Translations under genes and position numbers: made by a program
DNA from: Bilabrum cf. latius
Lineage: Eukaryota
Length of the DNA stretch: 64,000 nucleotides
Assembly (NCBI GenBank): GCA_965178125.1
Contig: OZ237742.1
Coordinates: forward strand, 806,001-870,000
Direction of reading: 5' to 3'
Notes under the pieces: model-generated
Database searches by the model: none
Told to the model about the DNA's origin: nothing
What the model saw: only the letters and a program-made list of their open reading frames with translations
Shown here: one piece after another, positions 40,188-51,967 of the stretch
How positions within the stretch are numbered: position 1 is the first letter of the stretch
Layout: every line of letters starts with the position of its first letter

Positions 40188-40515
40188 AGGGTTAGGTATC
40201 GGTGTGCCCGTGGGACACCCGCCACGCGCCCCGGCTTGGCTTCGGCGATGAATATATGCCGTGAGCGCGTCCAGCGATCCACCCGTGGCGTCTGTACCTT
40301 GTCCAGTCGCGCCGTGGATGAAAACCGTTGGTGGTGGGTGCTGCCGTTCAGATGTGAGAGGCAGCATTGAAAGTTAAGCTACTCCATCAGAAGATAGACT
40401 AGTGCATCTTCTTTTGCTTCGCCAAGCGCAAACCCTGACTGCTAAGCCAAGCGATCCGAGCGGAACGGGTCGGGTGCCCGTAGGGTTGGCCAAAAATTAT
40501 AGCCCCACATGAGTC

Positions 40516-43500
40516 TCACATGAAAGCGGACTCCGCCGTCACATCCGCCTCGCCGATCTCACGCCCGTCATAGCCTTCATCATCAACACCGCACTCCTGG
40601 AGGATGCTGTCAAACCCCGCCACAAGATCGTCAGGTGGACCCCCATCGTCCTCACCGCTGCCGTGATGAGCAAGCCCGCCTGCTGTGAAGCTTGCGAACT
40701 CTTCAATTGCGTCGGTAGCCGACGGCTAAATCTGGGATATACTGGTGTCCGCAGCTGCACCATCGGCCCCTCTCGAACCTGGCGGCGTTCTAGCAGCGTC
40801 AACCTCCCGATCAAAGTCATCAAAGACAGGTGACTGCATGCTCATGGGCCTCCGCTTCCCCCTCGATCTGGAGCTTTGCTGCTTGCGTGCTGCCCTGCGA
40901 GTCGGGGTGGCTCGGCGTCGGGGCTTGCCGCTAGCATCACCAGCCCCGGCAGCCGTTGAATTGGCAGCATCCCCGGGGCCGTACAGCTCTATTCCCGCTC
41001 GCACATCAGCGGGAGACAATGGTTCGTCGCCGATTGCACCGTCCATCGCTTCCTGATCGGCTACAGACCGCTGCTGGCCTTTTCCGGATGCCTCGGTGTA
41101 CCCGCCCCACACGCCATCATCGTCTTCCATAGCAGGTTGCTGCTGCTGCCCACTCCGTGCGAGCAAAGCGTCCTCTAGCTCTCTGTCCCCCGTCTCACTG
41201 TTGATACCACCGCCCCCTACCTGATGCTGCTGCGCTGGAGTATCGAGCTGAAGGCGCCTCCCAGTCCGCCTATCAGGCGTCGCGCCCAGACTACCAGCAC
41301 CGCCCCCTTCGCGCCCCATGCCATCACCGTCTTCATTGAAGCGAACGGACCTGCCCGTATTCGGTCGCCTGCGCTGCACCGTCCTTAGGATTCCGCCGGT
41401 CATGGGTGTGTCGGGGCGTACCTGGCCCCTTCGGCCCTCCGCTTCCCGATCCGTACCGCCTGGCGTGCCGTTCTGGATGCCGCGCGCACCTGCGTTGCGG
41501 CGCTGCCCATGGATGGCCTGGCCTTCCTCCGGCTGGGGCGCTGAGGGGCGCGCGCATGCACCGCACAGGCTCGACACCGTGCTAGACCCGGCCACCAAGG
41601 CGAGCGCCGAAGCCACGATGACCCACTCTCCAACCACCGCACCGACCGACACAACGCCGCCCACCAGCCCACCGAGGCCTAGGGTCCCTTCGGCCTCGAT
41701 CCGCTGCCCGCCAGCCTGCGCATCGGCGGCAGCCTTGGCCTGTTTCTGCGTGGGAAGAGGCAGCGCCGGCACGAAACCCTTCGCCCCGACGAGCCGTCCG
41801 AGCGCATGCCGCAGGTGCGAAGGCAGCGGCAGGCTCTGCCCGGTCGTCTCGCGGAAAGCCCTTGCGATCGCAAGCGCCGCGTCTTCCGTTGCGTGCAGCA
41901 GGTCCAGGAGCTCTGCATCCAGGCCGAGGAGGACTCTCCCAGCCCTGTCTGTGATCGGCACCGTGTTGCCCCGGAAGGCAGGGCTCAGCGCCAGCCGTCG
42001 CAGGGACAGGTGCGCGTTGAGGATGGAAGAAATCGCCGCTGGTGCCAGCTCCATGACCGCGCCGCTCGTGTCGGCACCATCGGCCGCGAGCTCGACTGCG
42101 TGCTGCATCACTCGGACCGAGTGCTTGACAGCTGCGCAGTCGTAGAGGACAGCTGCTCCCCGGTCGGCCGGCGTTCGGCGAAGCGCCCTCGCAACGGGCG
42201 CAAGTAACCCGTACTCTCTCCAGCTTCGTTCCTCAACAATGTCCTCTGGACGCACGGCTGCATCCTCCAGCTCTGCCTGCCGAAGAGTCGACTGGGACCC
42301 GCCGTACAGGCCGTATGTGGTCTCGACGCCCATCCCTACACCCATGGTCTCATGCAGCCCGAACCCGACCCGCCGCGACCCAACGGCACCCCCCGCACCC
42401 AGCATCGACATGCGCATGCCTCTCAGCCCGTCGGCCCCTCGCTTCTCGCCCTGTCCGCGGTGCACCGCGCCCTCGCCCCTTTCTTCCACCTAGGGCAGTG
42501 GAGTGGCACCGAGGTCACGCACGTCCACGCCCTCCACACCCAGGGTCCGACCGCCATCGAAACGGCTGCGAGACCGAGCCCCGCGTGGTACAGGAGCAGG
42601 CTCATCTGCTGGTTCATCCGCGCCGTTGTTCCCCTGGCCCCCTCCTCGCCCTAGAGCCCCCCAGAAGGCACTGCCTTGTCCGAAGGCACCGCGGGCGCGG
42701 GCACCATGGAGCGCACCCGCCAATGTACTGGCGCTCGCGCTCGCCACCGATGCACCGAACGCCAGCCTTGAGCGACTGAGGCCATCCGCGTCCCCCACCA
42801 CGGCTTGCATCGCCTGGGAGCCGATGCCGCCGAACCTCGAAGCAGACGATGCAACCCCCCTTGCCTTCCTGCCGTGCGTCATACCGGCCACGGCGGCACG
42901 AGACGCCCGCATCTCCGAACCGAAGGCAGGATCGTCTGCCTCTCGTGCGTGCGCACCGGACCCATCCAGACCCTGCTCGGCCCGCAACGGCTCAGGTGGC
43001 GCCGGCTGCGAGTCGTCAGGTTCACGCGTAGCGAAAACCCGCCGAGCATCCTGCTCCGACCTGATCGGCCTGGTTCGTATGCCTGCCCACTCCAACGCAT
43101 CCCACGCGAGGTTGGCCATGGACCGGAGGACCAGCTTGGTCGCAGCTCGGCAGCACGCGGGCGACGACCGGATGTACTCGGCGACTCGCCGCACGGCCGC
43201 TCTGTCCCTCCCTTCCGGGACCGTGGCCGAGGCGTAGTGCCTCGCAGAGCCAGCCATGTCCAGCTGCTGCTCCTGCGCGAGAGTGGTGCGGACTCGGCGG
43301 TACTTCTCCTGGTTGAGCGCCAGCGTCTCCCCTGTGCCCTGCTGCGACAGTTGCAGGGCGACCAGCACAGAGTCGGCCCAAGCAGCCAAGGCACCGATCA
43401 CCCCGGCAAGACCGCCCCTGCACCCGCAGCAGCACAGCACAGACACGAGCACGCTACCGAAGTCGGCGCGGGCGGCCGCCTTGGCCACCTGCTCGTTGCC

Positions 43501-46500
43501 CGTGAAGTCTGTCCAGTCGTCCGAGGGATCGAGATCGAAATCGTCAAGGTCCCGCCATGCCTCTTCTTCCACATCCAGCACATCCTCATCTACGAACTCG
43601 AACTCATCCTCTTCCTCTTCCTCACCAGCAAAGCCGCCAAAGGGCACCTCACCCTCCCGGCTGGGTTGCACGTCCGACCAGCCGCCGCCACGACCCTCAT
43701 CCTAGTCGCCTCGCTTGGACTCGCCCTCGCTGCCATCCCACGAGCCGTCCGACTCGCTGCCGCTCTCAAAGGCGGCTCCATCCCCACCGCCGAGCATCTC
43801 TCTCACCGCGCGCCTCTGCCTCGCTTCCGCTCCGCGGACCCAGCGCCTGCCATTCCCGCGGCCTTCAGCACGGCCTCCACGCCCTCCCCCGCGCCTGTCT
43901 CCCCGCATTCCCTGCGCTCCTCCTGGCCTCCGGACCGCGCCTTCATGAAGGTTCGTCTGGGAGAACACGCTGTCGTCCTTGATGCAGCACAGCCGACGCA
44001 CGGCAGGGCGCGCGCACCGACGCATAGCCACAGAGGCGGGCTGCGTCCCCCCCGCGTGGCAGAAGAGATCGTTCCAGGCGGGACCAGCCGCTCGGCACAG
44101 GGCAGAGAGAGGGAACAAGCAGCAGTAGAACGGGGAGCAGGACCGCACGGCAGTCCCGCACAAGGCGAAGGAGCTGACAAACCAGCCCATGGGCACCGCT
44201 GCCATCGAGGCCCAGAACCGATCGGCGATCACACCAGACCGGCGGGCTAGCCGGTGCTGCCGCAACATCTCCTCCTGCGCTTGTTCTCTGGAAAGCCCCG
44301 ACCTCCGGAGCCACCTGGCCTGCTCCAGCACTACATCAAGGGGCCCGCTCTCTAGCACGGCTCGCTGTGTCAGCGAAGAGGCGAGCCGACCGGCAGCTCC
44401 CGGCAGGCTCCTGCACACCCTTGGACCGCCAAGCCTCGCCTGCCTGCTCTTGTATCGTGCCATGGAAGGCGCCTGCACAGACACTGCCATCGCATCGGCC
44501 GCGACAGCCTGCGCATCCACAATCCCCGAGGCCATCCACATGAGGGCGCGCTGCCTGTTTCCAGAGACGTCGCCCAACAGCTCCCGGTGCAAAGGCTTGG
44601 AGGTCGGCAGGAGCCGATCCAGGTGCGCGAGTGCTTGTTCCCTGGCCAGCAGCAGCCATGGGGGCGCCTGGCCCTGCTCCAGCCAGGCCCAGTCCAACGG
44701 ACCCGATGAGTACCTGCCGAGGGCTTTGTCGGCCGCGGCGCTGTGCCTGAGCCTGCGACCCGTGTTGGGGTCGAAGGCAGGCTCCGGCGTGGGTCGCCCC
44801 AGGATGCCCACCTCCCTGGCGTACGTGCTGGCGGTCACTGCCCTGAGGCGCTGCTGCCAAAGGAGGAGCGCCAGGGTGCCCTTCTTCCTGCCGATGCTGG
44901 TGGCGTTGACGTGCGCCTCGCTCAGCTGCGTGATCTGCGCATCCCACGCCCTCTCAGACTCGTCGAGGCCTTGCCACGGCTGGTAGTGAGCAGCGAACTG
45001 AGCGATGCTGCCTGGCCTGGCCTGCGCCATGGCCAGCAGCAGCAATGACGACCTGTCCAGCTGGTCGGGGCCGATGCCGAGGCAAGACGCCCTGTACAGC
45101 CGGAGGCCCCTTGCCAGCCATGCAGTCGGGGGGTTGAGCGGCACGGGCGGCCGCGAGGCGATGCGCTGCATGAGGGCAAGGACGGTCTGTCTAGCCGAGG
45201 CCGCAGCGGCCTCGTCTCTCTCGATGGTCGCGCCCATCTCTTTCAGGTTTGCGCGGCCGTGGTCCATCCGAAACGCGCCGGAAATCTGCGTGACCCCATG
45301 GCCGCCGGCACGTTGGCGCTGCACACCACGGCGGTGCTTTCCATCGCTGGCGGTCAACTACCCATCGGTCAGCAAGCCGTGCTTCTTTTGAAACGTGTCG
45401 AAATCGCTGCCCGTCGCCAGCAGGCAGCGCCACTGCCGCCACGCGCCCGAGCGCTTGCCCGTGCCCTTCCTCGCCTGCATGGTCTCGAACGCCTCCGAGA
45501 CTGCAACGTCCAGCGCCCGAGCACCCTCTTGCGGGTGCATGGTGGTGCGCGCCAGCCCTGTTCGGTTGGGCCTGGGCTGTACCCCCACCCCGATCACCCC
45601 GTCGAGCACCTGCTCAAAGCGGGCGCTCCTCGTCAGCCTCTCCTCCAACATGGTGGCTGCCAGCTGCCCGGCGAACGCGACGATCAATGCAGCCGCGCAC
45701 GCCTGCCGCAGCAGTAGCCACGTGGAGCACGAGGCGAACACAAACCCGCCAGGGGCACCCGTCACGGCCCAATATACCACCTGGGCAGCTGTCACGATGG
45801 GCCAGCACGCCAGCTCGACGATTTTGAGGCCCTGGGACACCAGCCAACGCACCGACCCGGCCACCACGCTCGCGACTTGCTTGGTCACGGTGGCCTGCTC
45901 CTGCACGCGCTCGTCCATCTCGAGCACTTGCCCCGCTGTTCCCTGCTGCAGCATGGCGGCGGCAGCCGAGAGCCCCTTTCCACCGGGTACCTGCTGCCCA
46001 AGGGTGCCTGTCTGCGCATTGTGCAGCATGTACCCCGCGGTGCTGTGGGCGGGCCCGGCCAGAGGCAGGTCCCACTCGGCGGTGGCCAGGACAGAGGCAG
46101 CGTCCAGATCTACAAAGGCACCTAGGCCGTGCTCCGCGATTGAGGACACGGGAGAAATGAGACCGATGGCCAGCACCAGGCCAGCCAAGGCCAGCCCGAT
46201 GGACCTGGCAGCAGACAGCAGCACGACTGCGGCGCCGTGCGCGGCCGACATCGAGTCGGGGTCGAGTCGACGTCCGGCCAGCGCGCCCGCCACGTGGCGG
46301 GTGGAGTGCTGCAAGAGACCCCCCTACGCGCCGATGGAGCCTGCTGGCAGCGTGGAGGAGGTCCCAAGCGCCGCGCTGAGGCCAATCGTGAGGCCCACGC
46401 CGGCGCCCGCAGACACCACCGCGACGCCTTGCAGGGCGGCGTGCTTGTTGTCTAATGCCAATAAAAATCCTTGGGGGCCCCAGTACTGCGCGAGTAAAGC

Positions 46501-47163
46501 CAGCGCCAAGCATGCCCCGGCCACAGTCTCGGCGGTGCAGTAGAGCGTCTGGAACTGCACGGCCCTCCTGGAAAAGATGCAGGATAGCCATCGAAACAGC
46601 AGAGCTTTCGGGTCCCGATGCACTGCGGGTCAGAAGTAGATTGATATCGCACGGCATAATTCCATTGTGTGAACGAAGGCAGCAGCGGGGGACTTGCCGC
46701 ACAATCTGGGTGTTGTTTCATGACAGCTCGTCTCACCTTCAATTACAGAGAGGCGGAGCATGGTTGCGATAACCCTGACCCCACAGGCTACTAGCAGTAT
46801 AAGCAAAGAAATAGGGTGAAGGACACCAGCGGCACCGGACTGGACCGCGCCAGGGCTTTCCCCACCGTTGGAATCCACACAGCCGAAGCCGATGGTACCG
46901 CACGAAAATGCGAACACCTCGCGAAGCAAAGCATACCTTGAAGAGTGGACTACACCATAAACGATTACAAGAGCTGCGATGACGAGCGATGCAGCCGCAC
47001 CGGCACCTATGCTTTGAATCCAAGACATGGAGTGGAACGAGGTGCTGAGCACAACTTGTGCATGCGCAGATGGAGGCGCAATGGATACAGCACCATGCCT
47101 GGAGCTTAACAATGCTCTTTGATCAGAATGTGACAGCTCCTGATCACGTCTACGCGCCGGCAT
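40516..47163 (-). CDS. Very large membrane protein (~2,150 aa), Ndc1 nucleoporin-like; intron ending near 46624
   Basis: N-terminal TM segments. The region 'VLYDCAAV...D TSGAVMELAPAAISSILNAHLSL...ATEDAALAIARAF' resembles the Ndc1 C-terminal domain from my memory of the family. Same-frame ORFs are joined by TAG at 46324, 45358, 43702, 42490 and 40726; ends TGA 40516-40518. Confidence 0.5.
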
Positions 47164-47294
47164 GGGGCTCAAACCAGGCACTGAAGGCAATTGGCCGTAT
47201 TGTACCTTTGTAAGGTATTATTTCGCTGCCGTCGGCTTAAAAACCGGACAACTCAATTTCCGATACCATTGATCAGCGACTCCCAGCTCAGTGT

Positions 47295-47895
47295 ATGGCA
47301 TCCGAAGGCGCTGCTAGTGGATCTGGAGCGGCTGATGGTAAGGCCGCGGGGCCTCCAGCTGCCGATGCTGCCGCCCCGGCAGATGACATCGTGAAGTTTG
47401 ATTCGTTTCAAGCTGACCTGGAGGGAAAGGTCACGGAAGTGAGTGCTGCTCTTATGCCGTACAAACGCGCTGCAATGTTTTCAAATAGACTTAAACTGTG
47501 TTTGTGGCCCATGCCTGCAGCATGCTGACGTTCTGCCCCGAGTTTGGCTCGCCGATCTTTGGATCGTCCCGTTGCGCACTGCGCGTGGCATCTTTCCAAG
47601 CTCTTCGCACACGCTTTTGCAGATTGTGAAGGAGGTTCTTGGAGAGAACGAGTACAATGCTAACATGGTGGCTGAGTGGAGCGGGAAAATCTCGGAGCGA
47701 TCGCTGGCTGCAGCGAGGGAGTGCACGGACTAGATGAAATTTGTCGTTAGCTGCCTGGTCCTCCAGCTGTCTGGCTCAGGAATGCACTCTTGCTCGGCTT
47801 GCTTTTGGGACAAGACCACAGACGGATGTGCAAGCGTAAAGGTAGATACAGGCAAGTGCTTCGCCGTGGTAAATGTCTTCGGCATGGGTGTGTAA
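47295..47895 (+). CDS. Dynein light chain, Tctex-1 family; intron 47440-47622
   Basis: IVKEVLGENEYN...V.EWS..I, D(TAG)MKFVVSC.V.Q..GSGMH..S.C.WD..TDG and FAVVNVFG. Ends TAA 47893-47895. Confidence 0.9.
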
Positions 47896-48098
47896 GGAGC
47901 CACGAGCACGATTCAGGCCTCATGGAGGCAAGGCACCCGTTTTGCGTGCAGATTGGCTTGTGGGGTCACTTTACAAAGAATTTGTCTTGATCTTATGCGT
48001 GCATACTCTGTTCAGCTAAGTTGTACGGGCGGTGCAGCGAACGGTCTTGCAGAACACCTGGCACATGCAACTTGCTCACTCCACCCACCCACGACACG

Positions 48099-49206
48099 TC
48101 ACGTGCCTTTGCTCCCGCCGGCACTGGCGCCCATCCCGAAGCTGTCTTTGGCCCGCCGCAGCGCCGCCACGACCTCCACGTCAGTGGCCCCTTCCTTCGC
48201 GCCAACGAACTTTCTGACGGCCGCACTGCGCGGCCGCAGGAACGGGTTTGTGGCGAGCTCTTGTGCGAGGGTCGAGGGCACCGTTGGCTTCCCCTCCTTC
48301 CTTGCTGTTGCGACCGCTTCCGCCCGCTCCTACAGAGCCTTGTTCCCTGGCTCCACCGCCGTTGCAAAACGAACGTTCGCCTCCGTGTACTCGTGCCCCA
48401 CCCAAACCCTGGTGGATGACGGGGGGCCGGCCTGGGCGATGACACCCAGGAGAGAGTGAGCGAGCTCTTCGGGCGATCCTCCTTTGTTTACGCGCCCGCA
48501 GCCGCAGACAAACAGAGAGTCCCCGGTAAACAGGTCGACGCTGTCTGTACCTGCCGCAGGTTTGCTGCTTCCGTCATCAGCACCGGCTGCCTCACCCTCA
48601 GGCTTGGCCTCTTCGTCGCCGACAGCACCCCCGGTCGCGGCCCCGCTGCCATCCTCACCTGCTCCACCCTCTCCCTCTTCGGCGCTAGATTCTTTGGTCC
48701 GAACGGCATAGCAAATGTGGCCTCTGGTGTGAAACGGCGTGTGCAGTGCAGTAACTCGAATGTTTGGCGACAGGTCGAACACGTCGCCATGCCGAACTGC
48801 TTTCGAAAGCGCTGGAACGCTGTCCTCTGAGCCACCGATTACCTCCAACTTCCAGCCGCGGTCAGCTTCACACTACTTCACAAGCTCTTCATTGCCACCG
48901 GCATGGTCCCAGTGATCATGCGTTGTGAGAATGTGGGTGAGCTTGCAGCCGACCGCATCAGCCGCAGCCAGCACTGTAGCGGGCTCAACTGGGTCGACAA
49001 CAGCAGCAATTTTTAAATATTCATCATATACTGTGACGCTAAATTACCAACGCACGCAGAGAGGATACCAGACAGTAAGCGTGAAAAAAGTAGATCGACA
49101 GCAAGCATGGCGTGCATCGGCGCATACTTATGCACGATGAAGCCCACGCGAACTCACTGAGGTATCCGTAGTTATCCTTTAGCATGGGAATCGTACTTAT
49201 TTTCAT
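48099..49206 (-). CDS. HAGH: Hydroxyacylglutathione hydrolase (glyoxalase II); intron 49031-49157
   Basis: [64 protein letters not shown] and PSTL..E..TNPFLR. TAGs at 48873 and 48330; ends TGA. Confidence 0.93.
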
Positions 49207-49329
49207 GGTGCGTAACGTGGATGGTATGTAAGGAGCCCACTACCGCAGGAATTGCGGTTCTTGCGGATTATCGAAGGTTCCTTTGGCTTCGGACTTGCCC
49301 AGGCTCCTGTCCTCGCATATTTCAGACGA

Positions 49330-51810
49330 ATGGAAATAGCCGAAGCGCGGACAGGTCATGAATTGGCTTACAATAGGCTTTCTGATCAAGAAAACCAGGA
49401 ATTACGTTGTGACGTCTGCTTTAGCGAGACATCAGAAGGCCCGCACAGTGCCGTCCAAACTTGCCAGAACTGGGATCATACCGTATGTGCCAGGTGTCTC
49501 GAGGCACACGCGCGCCAGCACATACTTTTGAGACGCGACGTGTCACAGATTCGGTGTCCATGCAGCCGCGAAGGCAGCGAGTGCGATGGATTGATCGACC
49601 GCAGAATCCTGGAAGCTGCCGCAAACGCAATTAACGACCCTGTTGGTGGCGAGCATGGCAACGATGGTGCCGGGACCGATATCATGGAGCGATACGATCG
49701 ACTGTAGACCATTCAGCGCGACCAGGGACGGGAGTGTCCGTGGTGCAACCACCTCATTCTCGGGCGCCGGGGGATGGGCAATCTCGCAGTGCGCGTGCAT
49801 TGCGACCGATGCAACCGCGTGAGCTGCAGAGTGCACGGCACGGCACACAATCCGGATGTTCTGTCGTGCCGTGAGTATCTTGCCCAGCAGCAGAACCCCG
49901 ACGGTGCCGCGGAGGAGGTCATCCGGGGGCAGGCCATCCAGTGCCCTGGGTGCACGGCCTGGGTGCACCGCATTGCCGGTTGCAACCACATGACGTGTCG
50001 GTGCGGGGTGGAGTTCTGCTACTGCTGCGGCGCAGACATTACGAGGGGTTGGGACGAGCACTTTGCCCGGGGGCACGGCATACTGGGCTACCGGAGCTGC
50101 CGCCTATACGGGGAGCCGCTGGCTCGGGCTCGCCGGTGGCTGCAAGTACCCGCTGCGATGCAGTGTGCAGCTGGCGTGCTTGCAATCGGCTGGGTTATCG
50201 TGGTTGTGTTGCCGCTAGCAGTCATTGACATCGTGAACTGGGTCATGGCGGTCCTTTTCCTGTTCCCTGCGATCCTGCTGGACATCGTGCTTGGACTGGC
50301 TGGCTGCGACTGGCGCGGACAAGCGAGCGCTGCTTCGTGGAGCTCTGCACTCGGACGCACCCCACTACTGTCCATGAATTTCTTCGGGTCAAACGGACTC
50401 CGCATGTTGCTGCAGTTGGCTGGGCTGCCCTGGCTGGCTCGGTCGATGCCCTTTGCACGGAACCTGGGACCGGCAAATGTCCTGGCGGGGGGTGCCGAGG
50501 CGGGGGCTGGGCTGCATCCCGCCGCCAGGCTCGCTTGGAGGGTCCGTTCCATGGGATTGTTGATCGCAGCTGTGACTTTGCTCGCCAATGTGGGCGCATG
50601 GGTGGGCGGCCTTCTTGATTTTGGCACTGGGTCGGCGGCAGAGACGGTTGAGATGGGCGAGCTGAACGGACCACTGGGTGTGGACGGCAGCAGCCAGCGC
50701 CAGCAGCAAGATCTCTCATTTGATGATCAGATGGGGATGAACAGCAGCGAATTGCTTTCGCGTGTGCCCGCATCCTTGGATGCATAGGATTGGAGCTGGC
50801 GAAGCTCGAGCCCATATCTGGTAGCGTGGTCCGCACACAGCTGGGCAGACTACATCTACAGCGCAGCGTTTTCACGCGCATTCTCTCAACTTGTTGTTTT
50901 TAGCATCGCATCTAGTGCATGGCATGCAACCATTGCGGCTGCCGTAGCAATTGCAGGGTGTTGCCACCGCTGGCGGGGCGAGGATGCAAACGCGTGGACC
51001 GGCCGGGCAGAGGGCATGCTCGGCTTCGTGCCCCTGTTCTGGGTCCTGCTGCAGGTAGCGTGGAACTGGAAGGCCGTTGGCTCGATCACCGTATCTTGCA
51101 CATCATGGATGGTATAGACCGCATGCATGTCCCTCTTGAGGATCCCGCACATCATCCTCACTCGAGTGTGGTGGGCCATCTTGCTTGCCCCCACAGGGGC
51201 CTCCATGGTGTGGTGGAGCCTGACAAGCGATTGGGTGTTCCCTCTCTTGATGTGCGGGCTAATTGGACTACTGTGGACATGTGGTGCGCTCATCAGATCC
51301 TGCGTGCGATCGGCACGCCAAGCATGGAACGCATTGCCAGTCGGAGTGGCTGTGCTGCTTGCGGTGAATGCCGCCGTGTTTGGCCGGGAGCTAGCCGTTT
51401 CTATGCACAACATGGTGCCACCGGGGACACTGGTATTCATTGGACGGATTTTGCTTTAGATGGCAAATACACTGAAATGGATAGGCACGCAGATGCGACG
51501 CCGCCGTCTGTGGCGAACGCTGTTGCGCGGGGAGCTGCACATGTTGAAGAGCTTCATGCTCGGCCCAGCCGTGGGCTGCGCCCTTGCCTTGACTAGCAGG
51601 ATTGCAATGGGGTTGATGATGCATGCCCTGGCAGGAAGCTACTTGCCCAGTGGGGGTGCGCTGGCTGGCACGGTCCATGCAGCGCTGCAAGGGGGGGCCT
51701 TGCAGCACGAAGGTGTGCTTGCTTGGGGGCTTGGCTTAGTCTCGGCGGCTCTGGCAGATCCCTTCGTCCTCCCTGCGGGACTGGCCCTCGGGGGATTAAT
51801 ACTCACCTGA
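49330..51810 (+). CDS. RBR (RING1-IBR-RING2) E3 ubiquitin ligase with a large multi-pass TM C-terminus
   Basis: CDVC...C..H..C..C...CP, IBR CPWC...C..C...C..H...H and RING2 CPGC...HRIAGCNHMTCRCGVEFCYCCG. TAGs at 49705, 50785, 51115 and 51457; ends TGA. Confidence 0.85.
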
Positions 51811-51967
51811 GGACCTTTCGTCCCATGCAATGCTTGTAAATGGTCTGCAGCTACTTCTTGTCTGTTTTTGCGACCAATTTTGTTAGAGATTCGGAGCCAA
51901 ATAATGAACCTTCTTTGGCGAACCACGGAAAGCTGAGTAGATTCCGGTCACAATTCAGGACGAAGCA

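Noticed and set aside
39007-40282. Long alternative-frame ORFs (RRLLP, QPSWQQPPPR and AAFLAAASSS repeats)
   Set aside because: They are shadow frames of the stop-free 30-bp repeat.
46630-46632. In-frame TGA in the Ndc1-like gene as UGA recoding or selenocysteine
   Set aside because: It lies just upstream of a cgcag acceptor and is most simply intronic. The same applies to the TGA/TAA codons next to gtgag/gtaag donors in other genes.
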